A program made the position numbers and the translations under genes. A stretch of 64,000 nt of DNA from Bacteroidales bacterium. Lineage in GTDB: Bacteria > Bacteroidota > Bacteroidia > Bacteroidales > UBA3663. The notes beneath the pieces are model-generated. The model searched no databases. It saw only the letters and a program-made list of their open reading frames with translations, and was not told where the DNA came from. Below are positions 55,367-63,874 of this stretch, in pieces. Within the stretch, counting starts at the first letter, position 1. Each line of letters begins with the position of its first letter. The DNA is taken from the NCBI GenBank assembly GCA_045600445.1, contig JAZRXZ010000021.1, positions 42,577 to 106,576 of the forward strand. The letters run 5' to 3'.

Positions 55367-56734
55367 TTATCTTCTCTTAATACGGATGGATTCAAGGTGC
55401 TTAAGCATTCGCTTCAACAGAATCCAGGACAAGATGACACTATAGAAATCGGACAAAGACATGCTCCACCAGACGCCGGTGACTCCTATGGAATCTGGCA
55501 GGAAAAGGAGCAATGGCAACAGACAGCAGAGCTGTCGAGAAAGCGAGATAAAGGCGGATACTTTGGCCTTACGGATGGACTGGAAGAAGGCCACGGCAAT
55601 AAGCTGACTGCCGACCAGGGGCAAGGTGAAAAGTGAAATACGAAGTGCTGGAATACAGATATCAAAGAACTCGTACTCAGAAACGAACAGACGGACAAGG
55701 AACCCTGGGAAAAGGGCAATCAGCGTATATCCGACCGTGGTCAGGATCGTAATAAGAAAAATGGACTGAGAGACCGCCTGACGGACGCGTCGGAAAGAGC
55801 CTGCACCCATGTTATAGCCGACAATAGGCTGAAGACCCTGGCTGAAACCGATGGCCAGCATGATGAGCAGCTGGGTGATACGATAGGTGATGCCGTATGC
55901 ACTGATATACATATCGCCGCCATAGAACAGGAGGCTCAGTATGACAACTGTCACGATCAGACATCCACTGATGTTGGACAAGAATGGAGAGACACCGACA
56001 CCGAGAATATCGCGGATATGCTCAGAATTGATATTGAAGATATTCCGCGAGAAGAAGAGATAGTTGCGCTTATTGAAATAATAAGGCAGCAGGAACAGCA
56101 TGGCCAGCAGTTGTGCTACCATCGTAGCCAGGGCGGCACCCTTGATGCCCATGTCAAGGACGAAGATGAACAGACCATCGAGCAGGACATTCAGGATGAC
56201 TGCCAGAAGCTGCGTGTACATGGCATACTTCGGATGTCCTGTGGAACGTATCATGCTGCAAAGTGTCTGGAAGATAAAATTGGGGAGAATGCCCAACAGC
56301 AAGACGTACATGTATGGCTGAGCAAACTGCAAGGTGGTAGGAGATGCACCGAAAAAGGTGAGCAAAGACTCCAGAAAGCTAATACCGAGCAGAGTCAGCA
56401 GTGCAGCAAAAACGATATTGAGGAAAAGGACATTGCCCAAGACCTCATGCACTGTACGACGCATCTTTCGGCCCATGTAGATAGATGCCTGCGTGGTACC
56501 ACCCACGGTAGCAAGGGTTCCGAAGGCTGTAACAATATTGGTCAGCGGGAATGTAATGGCCATGCCGGCAATAGCATTAAACCCAGAGTGATTGCCTACG
56601 AATATGGTATCGCAGAAATAATAAAGCGAATTAGCAGATGTGGCAATAATGCTTGGAAGAGCAAAGCTCCATAGCAGCTTACCGATGGGTTTTGTGGCTA
56701 ATGCATGACCTTGTTCCTGGGTATATTTAGACAT
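55367..56734 (-). CDS. MATE-family transporter (MOP superfamily)
   Basis: 455-aa ORF with 12 TM segments and the N-terminus KPIGKLLWSFALPSIIATSANSLYYFCDTIFVG. Confidence 0.75.
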   Translation of the reverse strand: MSKYTQEQGHALATKPIGKLLWSFALPSIIATSANSLYYFCDTIFVGNHSGFNAIAGMAITFPLTNIVTAFGTLATVGGTTQASIYMGRKMRRTVHEVLGNVLFLNIVFAALLTLLGISFLESLLTFFGASPTTLQFAQPYMYVLLLGILPNFIFQTLCSMIRSTGHPKYAMYTQLLAVILNVLLDGLFIFVLDMGIKGAALATMVAQLLAMLFLLPYYFNKRNYLFFSRNIFNINSEHIRDILGVGVSPFLSNISGCLIVTVVILSLLFYGGDMYISAYGITYRITQLLIMLAIGFSQGLQPIVGYNMGAGSFRRVRQAVSQSIFLITILTTVGYTLIALFPGFLVRLFVSEYEFFDICIPALRISLFTLPLVGSQLIAVAFFQSIRKAKVSAFISLSRQLCCLLPLLLFLPDSIGVTGVWWSMSLSDFYSVILSWILLKRMLKHLESIRIKRR

Positions 56735-56843
56735 GAATTAAGAAAAGAATAAATAGTATGATTAGAATGAAGCAAAAGCTTCGCTAGGATCTGCCACCTC
56801 AGGTATCGGACAAACCCTACAATATGTATATATTATAACGCGG

Positions 56844-56875
56844 CAAATTTAAAGAAAAAACTGCGAAATTGCAAA
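56844..56875 (-). promoter_or_regulatory. Bacteroidetes-type promoter (TTTG-N20-TAAATTTG) upstream of the MATE-wzm-wzt operon
   Basis: The minus strand reads TTTG (56875-56872), then 20 nt, then TAAATTTG (56851-56844). It lies about 110 nt upstream of the ATG at 56734. The architecture is the same as the pilus promoter. Confidence 0.6.
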
Positions 56876-56898
56876 TCCTGCATCACATTTTTTAATAC

Positions 56899-56950
56899 TA
56901 AGCCTCAAAAAAGTGCATTTTGACTTGGAAATGCACTTTTTTGAGGCTTA
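56899..56950 (-). terminator. Perfect 22-bp-stem hairpin downstream of the propeller-sensor gene
   Basis: TAAGCCTCAAAAAAGTGCATTT-tgacttgg-AAATGCACTTTTTTGAGGCTTA. It lies 45 nt after the stop at 56995. There is no clean T-tail on the minus strand, so the terminator role is inferred from position. Confidence 0.6.
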
Positions 56951-56994
56951 ATATTTATATTAAATACGCAAAAAGATGACAAGAACTGGACGTG

Positions 56995-59343
56995 TTACAT
57001 ATCTTCAATTCGAGGACGAAGCAGGTACAAGACAATCTTGAGGATGATCCAGATACCGAACAACACATAGCCGAGGATGGCATACCAACGAAGCCAGATA
57101 GGGCTCGTCACATGGATCATACATACTTTATTGAGTTCAAACTGCGTAGAGTTGACAGCTCGCAGATCCAACTCCCAGTCTCCGGATGGGAGGTTGACCA
57201 GTCGCAGCTTTGCGCCATCGGTGAAAGGCAACCATTCCTCGATGTAACCAGGAATACGATAGGAATAATGATAATCGTCCTGATGATAGATATCATTGAC
57301 ACAACACTGAAGAGTGAGGGTACGGTTCTGATAGCTGATAATATAGTCTCCACCGGTATCTGACGGGCCATTGGCAAAAATCCAGTAATCATGCTGTGTG
57401 GCAAGAATGTCCTGCGCAGTGATACGCACGGCGCCACGGTCTCCGCCATAGAAGAGCGTTCCAGATTCTGAGCGGATACCAGAGTTCTGGAGGAACTCCT
57501 GCTGCAGCATCTCATCCTCGGAGAGGATAGCACGCTCAGCCTGACGACTATTGCAGTTGAACGAGAAGATGCCATTGCTCTCTGTAGATGCGCAAAGAAT
57601 AGAGTCGTTGAGCATCAGCACAGATCGCAGCTCAAGAGAGGGCAGCCAGGCCAATGAGTCATAATAGTCATAATGATCTGAACGTGTGTCATAGCAGACG
57701 AGTCCGCCTCCTGCGGTAGCGCACCAGACTTCATGCCCCTCACGGGTAATGATGGAACGTACAAAGTTCGAACCATTCCAACCATGCTCGGCTCCGACCT
57801 GTAGATGGTGAGAGAGTTCTCCTGACTGCTTATCAAGTAGCCAGAATCCATCAGAGGTTGCAAAGGCCAGCGTATCGTCGTTTAATGACTCGACATCAAA
57901 TGCTTGCTGAATCTCATAGTAGCACAAGGTCTCAAAGGATCCATTCGGCAAGAAGTGCAACTGAGTCAATGGCATATTGAGACCTCCGATCCAGAGGTCA
58001 CCATCAGAAGTGTCATGTATATCGTAAATATTGTCGTTGGTAGGTGCTCCACAGATAGATGGATACCATTGCTTCTGCCCGGTCTTCGGATCAAAATGCA
58101 GTAGTCCAGAGCCGAATCCTCCTGCCCAGATGGTAGAATCAGGACGGACCTTTAATGTCAGGAAACGTGACTCATGATCGAGATAAACCGTAGGTTCATG
58201 ATCCTTAGAGTCATAATGGACAATGGACTGATTGAAGGCCACCCAGAGATCTCCGTCTGGCGCGAAGTCAAGATCGTACACAAAGTTATCGGACGGAGAG
58301 ACAGCCTCCGGATTGGTCAGGGTATACATTTGATGGTTCTGGCGTAGCAGGACACAGCCTCCCATATACATGGAGAACCAGATATTGCCCTGATCGACCG
58401 TCACGTCATTGATGGCTCCTGATCGTGTGGGGAAGAGTGCATCCTGACTATCGAAAGCGATCTTCTGAAGCGTCTTAGGCTCCTTGGATACGCGATCCAG
58501 ATCGAGCTGCATAAGTCCTTGTCCATCGGTAGCCAACAACAGGCCATGCTTAGGATGATAATCTATTGCATTGACAATAAGGTCCTCGGTGCTAGGAACA
58601 AAGGTGAGGGTCAAAGGTGCTGCGACCTCGGTATAATACAAGCCTCGTCCATTGGTTCCGACCCAAAGCTTGCCATTGAAAATATTCATGCACTGTACAG
58701 GAACTCGAGGCAAATCTGCCGCCGTCGCAACTCCAGTCTTGATATTGAAGAAACCGATACCCTGATCAGATCCGACCCATAAGACCCCATCATTCCGAGC
58801 CAGAAGGCTACGCACGTTGGCCGTCTCCATGACATGAGAAAGAAGCTTGTGCTCTTTCAGGTCATAGCTCAGAATACCATTGTTCATACCCACTACCAGC
58901 ACGTCATCAGAAGTCACATAGAGCGCCTGAACGCTATAGTACTTCTCCATACTGTAGAGGTCGACAACCACCTGGAACTTGTCGTTCAGAGGGTCGAACT
59001 GATAGATCATTCCGCGCTCTGTATATGCCCAGATACGGCCTTGATAATCCAGATACAACTGTATCATCATGCCATCACGGTAACTGCGCTTACCCAGATC
59101 ACTGAGTTTATAGTGGAATGCATCAAGACCGTTATAGCAGTCAATACCATTACGGTTGGAGATCCATATAAAATGCTTATTGTCAACCAGAATGGTGTTA
59201 GCCGTCTGGCTCTGCAGACAGGTGATAGTCTGAGCGTGGAAGTCTCCGGCAGTAATTTCATTAGCCAGGACCTTGTGACAGGAAACCTTTCCGAGACAGA
59301 GCAGGAAGAGGACGAGATAGAGGAAATACTGTCGCATAATCAT
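56995..59343 (-). CDS. HTCS-type periplasmic sensor module only (two-component-regulator propeller repeats plus Y_Y_Y domain plus a single C-terminal TM)
   Basis: 782-aa ORF with a signal peptide and many propeller-like repeats (IWISNRNGIDCY, LWVGSDQGIGFF, LWVGTNGRGLYY, IWAGGFGSGLLHF, LWIGGLN). It has the Y_Y_Y-like YHYSYRIPGYIEEWLPF..LPSGDWELDLRAVN. The TM segment WYAILGYVLFGIWIILKIVLYLL is followed by only 7 residues. The start overlaps the upstream stop by 4 nt. Confidence 0.7.
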   Translation of the reverse strand: MIMRQYFLYLVLFLLCLGKVSCHKVLANEITAGDFHAQTITCLQSQTANTILVDNKHFIWISNRNGIDCYNGLDAFHYKLSDLGKRSYRDGMMIQLYLDYQGRIWAYTERGMIYQFDPLNDKFQVVVDLYSMEKYYSVQALYVTSDDVLVVGMNNGILSYDLKEHKLLSHVMETANVRSLLARNDGVLWVGSDQGIGFFNIKTGVATAADLPRVPVQCMNIFNGKLWVGTNGRGLYYTEVAAPLTLTFVPSTEDLIVNAIDYHPKHGLLLATDGQGLMQLDLDRVSKEPKTLQKIAFDSQDALFPTRSGAINDVTVDQGNIWFSMYMGGCVLLRQNHQMYTLTNPEAVSPSDNFVYDLDFAPDGDLWVAFNQSIVHYDSKDHEPTVYLDHESRFLTLKVRPDSTIWAGGFGSGLLHFDPKTGQKQWYPSICGAPTNDNIYDIHDTSDGDLWIGGLNMPLTQLHFLPNGSFETLCYYEIQQAFDVESLNDDTLAFATSDGFWLLDKQSGELSHHLQVGAEHGWNGSNFVRSIITREGHEVWCATAGGGLVCYDTRSDHYDYYDSLAWLPSLELRSVLMLNDSILCASTESNGIFSFNCNSRQAERAILSEDEMLQQEFLQNSGIRSESGTLFYGGDRGAVRITAQDILATQHDYWIFANGPSDTGGDYIISYQNRTLTLQCCVNDIYHQDDYHYSYRIPGYIEEWLPFTDGAKLRLVNLPSGDWELDLRAVNSTQFELNKVCMIHVTSPIWLRWYAILGYVLFGIWIILKIVLYLLRPRIEDM

Positions 59344-61250
59344 AGATTGATGAGATATTTTCGCTGCTCTGGAGTCTCCTTCAGCACACGGTTAAACACA
59401 CTTATCATACGGTCGATGAAGCTATCGATCGTAAACTCGGACAAGAAGAACTTATATCCCTCCTCTCCCATCGACACTCGGAGTTCCGGATTGTCAATCA
59501 GCTTGGCTATCGAGTGAGACAAGTCAATCGGATTGCGCGACTTGCAGATCAATCCTGTCTTGCCATCCTTAATCATATATGGGATACCGCCTTCCTGCGT
59601 AGAGATGATTGGCAACTTACGCTCCATGGCCTCCAGATTTACCAGCGGGAAGCACTCCTTCGCATAGTAAGTCGGGAAGACCATCATATCTGCCCTATCA
59701 AGATAGATATTCTTCTCATCGCCATATTTCGGACCGACGTAAGTGACTCGATGCTGTAGGTAGCGACTGCGAATCTCCTCCTCCAGTCGATCACCATTCA
59801 TGGCAAAAGCCTCAGCGCCGACGATCGTACAATGGAAATTATATCCTTCTCCTCTAAGCAGATACAACGCATCGAGCAAATCCAAGATTCCCTTCGATAC
59901 AAAAAGGTTAGAGAGATAGAGTATTTCTGGGACCTCATTATGACGATCAGCCTCTATCTCATTGCCGGTACTCAGGACTCGAGGGACACCATTCGGACAG
60001 AAATAGGTATCTCGGATACGTAGATACTTCTTCATGTCATCATAGAGCTGAGGAACGATTAATAGTACCTTGATGCCCTGGAAGTACTGACGATAAAGGA
60101 AATCATCGATCGCGTAAGACTGACGACGACGGACACCTTTGTTATGATAATGGCACAAGATACGGCATCCCAGAAGCTTCAGCAGGGTCACCACTACAAA
60201 ATCCTTGTAGAATGCGCCACCTGATGCATTTGGCGTAATGTAGACAAGATCCGGATTGAATTGTTTGACCACATGACGGAGATGAGATAGCAACTTCAAG
60301 AAATTAACCAGTTTCTGAAATCCTACCTTTCCGATGTCTGCGAGGCTGGCTGCTGCCGTCAGGTTAATATATCGGCAGTTAAAACTTTCATTGATTGTTT
60401 TACTGTCATGAATCCACTTTCCTACCATAGCAGCACCATGTACAGGTGGCGGCAGATGTAAAACGAAGAGAATCTTAGGCTTTTCTGAAGAATCTAAGGT
60501 CTCAACATTGTGGACGTATCTGTTACGAGAAGTATATTCCTTAATAATGTTCCAGACGAAAACGGGATTGCCTATCAGATAACGACGCCACATGCGTCGA
60601 GGATTGTGCAACAGACGGAAAAGCCACTCAAAACCATGCTTCTGCCAAGACCACGGAGCTCGTGGAGCCGTACCTGCGAAGAAGTCAAATACGGCACCAA
60701 TAGAACCTGCATGACAATGGATATCCAACTGTTCCCAATGACTGTAGAGCCACTTTTCCTGCTTGGGTGCAGTCATACCCACCCAAAGTAAGTCCGGATT
60801 GGCAGAGTTGATCGCCTTAACGACTAAATCGGAATCTTCTGGAGAAAGTTCTGACTTGAATGGTGGAGAATAGGTCACTACTTCCAGATTCGGGTATACG
60901 GTCTTCGCTTTCTCGCGAATCAAGGACAACACTTTTTCTGTCGATCCAACAAACATGACTTTACCTCCTGTCTGATTGAGCTTCTCCATCTCAATCTCAA
61001 AAAGATCCCATCCCGGACAGCGCTGTTCTGGATTATTCTTTCTCCTCAGAAGTTTACAGGCCACGACAATAGACACACCATCAGCCAGCAGATAGTCGCA
61101 CTTCGACAGGGAGTCTGCCAAAAGTTTGTCTGTCTGCGCAATGTTGTAAGTATGCGCATTAATAGTGTTAATGAGCACCTTACCCGGTGGTATCTGGGCA
61201 ATGTCTGAACGGGTTCTGACGAATTTTAGATCTCTAAGTTTGAATGACAT
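59340..61250 (-). CDS. Bifunctional glycosyltransferase: N-terminal WecG/TagA/CpsF (GT26) domain fused to C-terminal GT4 domain
   Basis: 636-aa ORF. The N-terminal ~250 aa have INTINAHTYN, LLADGVSIV and LWVGMTAPKQEKW (GT26). The C-terminal part has FPTYYAKECFPLVNLEAMERKLPIISTQEGGIPYMIKDGKTGLI (GT4). Confidence 0.7.
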   Translation of the reverse strand: MSFKLRDLKFVRTRSDIAQIPPGKVLINTINAHTYNIAQTDKLLADSLSKCDYLLADGVSIVVACKLLRRKNNPEQRCPGWDLFEIEMEKLNQTGGKVMFVGSTEKVLSLIREKAKTVYPNLEVVTYSPPFKSELSPEDSDLVVKAINSANPDLLWVGMTAPKQEKWLYSHWEQLDIHCHAGSIGAVFDFFAGTAPRAPWSWQKHGFEWLFRLLHNPRRMWRRYLIGNPVFVWNIIKEYTSRNRYVHNVETLDSSEKPKILFVLHLPPPVHGAAMVGKWIHDSKTINESFNCRYINLTAAASLADIGKVGFQKLVNFLKLLSHLRHVVKQFNPDLVYITPNASGGAFYKDFVVVTLLKLLGCRILCHYHNKGVRRRQSYAIDDFLYRQYFQGIKVLLIVPQLYDDMKKYLRIRDTYFCPNGVPRVLSTGNEIEADRHNEVPEILYLSNLFVSKGILDLLDALYLLRGEGYNFHCTIVGAEAFAMNGDRLEEEIRSRYLQHRVTYVGPKYGDEKNIYLDRADMMVFPTYYAKECFPLVNLEAMERKLPIISTQEGGIPYMIKDGKTGLICKSRNPIDLSHSIAKLIDNPELRVSMGEEGYKFFLSEFTIDSFIDRMISVFNRVLKETPEQRKYLINL

Positions 61251-61378
61251 GAGGCATTAAATTACTCTGCAAAGATAACTAAAAAGTAATTAGGTGAAAA
61301 GAAAAGTCAAGAAAAACTAATAAAAATATTAAAAATTGGCCTAATATGTCGATTTTTCACTGGTTGCAATAACAAATC

Positions 61379-62323
61379 TTATTTCATTGACAGGAGCATC
61401 TCGTTAAATCGATCATACAATAACGGATTCTGACCTTTAGAGAAAAACTCCAGTTTATAATTGACAAATGCCTTAAGATAGACCTGCCAGTCCTCCCCTG
61501 CGAAGTATTCGTCAATCATCGTACGGTGATCCTCTATCACCTTCATTCCCGATTGGGTCTTATCTAATAAAAAAGAGGTCTGAAGCACATAGGTAAAAAG
61601 GTCAAAGCCAAGAGGCATTTCTGCAGACATTTCCCAATCAATGAGATGGAGCTTTCCCCTGACAGACAGCATATTCCACGGACAGAAATCCATGTGGGCA
61701 AAACAGGTCTTCAGCGGAGCTTCTTCTGCACCATTGTTTACACAGAATGGACTAGAAGTCTCAGTATAATGCTTATCTTTTAGCATCATGAGTATACCCA
61801 TGACCTGTGAATCTTCTACACCTGACAGAACATGGTCTCCCTGTATGCATTCGCATTTCAAAAAAACGTATTCTTCAGTATCTTTGTAGGAATAGAGCTC
61901 TGGAACCAAGCCGGTACCAGCTAATGACTGATATACCTTAATCTCATTACGAGACAAATCCTTCGCTCTCTGGGAGGTAGATAACTTTGCAAAGAACCTA
62001 GATTTATTAGCAGATGATGTCAAAGTATTGGTATGGTATCCAAGAACTGACATCTTCTGATCTGGGCCTGTGGTTCCCATATTGACACCATAGATTACAT
62101 CTTCTCCCAACAGAGACTTAAGCAATGACAAGCCTTCGATATTCTTCTCTTCCACGCGAAACAAAAAGCGGAAAAGTGACACATGGCAGAAAAGCCACCA
62201 CATCAGCCGAGCACATCTCCCACCATAATTACCATACAGGGAGTAGATAAATCGACTGTCTGGAGTCAATGGTGGGAAATAATAGGTACTCTTGAATGTC
62301 TTGAATCGATAGAATGCCATCAT
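61379..62323 (-). CDS. APH/choline-kinase-like phosphotransferase
   Basis: 314-aa ORF. The catalytic-loop pattern HMDFCPWNML....LHLIDWEMSAEMPLGFDLF matches H-x-D-x4-N ... D-W-E. Confidence 0.6.
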   Translation of the reverse strand: MMAFYRFKTFKSTYYFPPLTPDSRFIYSLYGNYGGRCARLMWWLFCHVSLFRFLFRVEEKNIEGLSLLKSLLGEDVIYGVNMGTTGPDQKMSVLGYHTNTLTSSANKSRFFAKLSTSQRAKDLSRNEIKVYQSLAGTGLVPELYSYKDTEEYVFLKCECIQGDHVLSGVEDSQVMGILMMLKDKHYTETSSPFCVNNGAEEAPLKTCFAHMDFCPWNMLSVRGKLHLIDWEMSAEMPLGFDLFTYVLQTSFLLDKTQSGMKVIEDHRTMIDEYFAGEDWQVYLKAFVNYKLEFFSKGQNPLLYDRFNEMLLSMK

Positions 62324-62329
62324 AATAAA

Positions 62330-63853
62330 TCACTTACGGATAAACAGTCGCAGAACAAACTGACTGATAGCCTGTCTCTCTGAAGTTTTCAGAATCAGCT
62401 TCCATCCTAACAGGATAAACAGTACCGTAGAAATAGAAGTCGCTATAATTCTGTAGGTAACAGTATCAGTTGCTAATAAAATCAGATAATAAGGAATCAG
62501 ACTGATAACAGTCAGGGATAAACAGGTAAAGAACACTTCGAACATGAAAGTCCTGATAGGCAGACCCGTGGATCTATGGCAGAAGTATAATGCACTGAAT
62601 CCTTGTAACAGCGCTGCAGCAATCCAAACCAGATATAAATAATAAGGAGGATATCCATAATAGAAAAACAGAGCAGATACTACCAATGGCAACAGGTAAA
62701 GAATAGAGCTTACAAACGAAAACATCCGGATACTACCTTGCGCATAGATGGAAGTACTCAGGTTCTTGAACAAAAGATCGACCATGTGCCGGATAATCTG
62801 CAAACGTAGGAATATCAAAGCCCAGACAGGGACCTCGACCAGCCAAAGATTAAGGATTTCAGGAGCTAAGAGAAAGATAGGGATTGCAATAGCGACAGCC
62901 AGCATATAAGGGACTCGGCATCCGACAAGGGTATAATAATAGACCTTGTCCTTATTATTCTCTCCTTCACTCTTTGTCAAGATTGGAGAAATAACCTTGA
63001 GTGCATGGTTGGAGAGAGTTGTATAAGCAGAGCCGACCTGTGCAGACACACCTTGAGAAGCATTCACCAAGACACCAAAGAAACGGTTGAGGACCAGACT
63101 CTGACCATGATACCCCACTAAATAACTGGTTATACCTAAGAGATTCCATCCTACGAATGAAGACATCTCTTTGATGACGGCGCGAGAATAATAGGTAGCA
63201 GGACGGAAAACACATTCGCTATAATTACGGTGGCAATAGAAATACTTGATTGCCATGGTAATAAATGGAATACTTCCAATCAGCAATCCGTATATAATCA
63301 GCTTATCCTGACTAGAAAAAAGACAAGCGACGGCAGATGATAACTTCAATAAATTTTCAAGAATGCTAATCAGCGCAAACAGCTTAAAGTTCTCATGAGA
63401 ATTAATGAGTGCATCGTAAGGAGAAGATAGTACTGTTACGATGGTACTTATGACCAGACATGAGTAGACAATCCGGGAGGCAGCCAATCGTTCTATCGGG
63501 ATATTGACCAATTCATCAAAGAAGAAATAGCCAATGATGGACAAGATAGAACCTACAAGGAAAGCAATGATAATATGAAGTACAATTGACACATTATATA
63601 TTTGCTTAAGCTTGAAGGAATCTCCCTGTCCTTCACAATAATTCAGAAATCGTTGAGTCGTTTGTGCCATCGCCGAATTCAAGAATCCCAGCATGGCTAT
63701 CGCTCCACCTACAATGTTAAAGATTCCATAGTCCGTCTGGCCAAGTCCATGCAAAATAATGCGAGTAGTTAATAAGAGTACTACCAGATTAACTACTATC
63801 TTGCCATACAACCAAGCCGTATTGACTATTAATCGATTAGCAGGCGGATTCAT
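62330..63853 (-). CDS. wzx: Wzx-type oligosaccharide flippase (MOP superfamily), copy 2
   Basis: 507-aa polytopic ORF, homologous along its length to 41829-43355 (for example TTRIILHGLGQTDYGIFNIVGG versus TSRIILQTLGVDDFGIYNVVGG). Confidence 0.8.
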   Translation of the reverse strand: MNPPANRLIVNTAWLYGKIVVNLVVLLLTTRIILHGLGQTDYGIFNIVGGAIAMLGFLNSAMAQTTQRFLNYCEGQGDSFKLKQIYNVSIVLHIIIAFLVGSILSIIGYFFFDELVNIPIERLAASRIVYSCLVISTIVTVLSSPYDALINSHENFKLFALISILENLLKLSSAVACLFSSQDKLIIYGLLIGSIPFITMAIKYFYCHRNYSECVFRPATYYSRAVIKEMSSFVGWNLLGITSYLVGYHGQSLVLNRFFGVLVNASQGVSAQVGSAYTTLSNHALKVISPILTKSEGENNKDKVYYYTLVGCRVPYMLAVAIAIPIFLLAPEILNLWLVEVPVWALIFLRLQIIRHMVDLLFKNLSTSIYAQGSIRMFSFVSSILYLLPLVVSALFFYYGYPPYYLYLVWIAAALLQGFSALYFCHRSTGLPIRTFMFEVFFTCLSLTVISLIPYYLILLATDTVTYRIIATSISTVLFILLGWKLILKTSERQAISQFVLRLFIRK

Positions 63854-63874
63854 GGTAATGAAACGAAGAATTGA

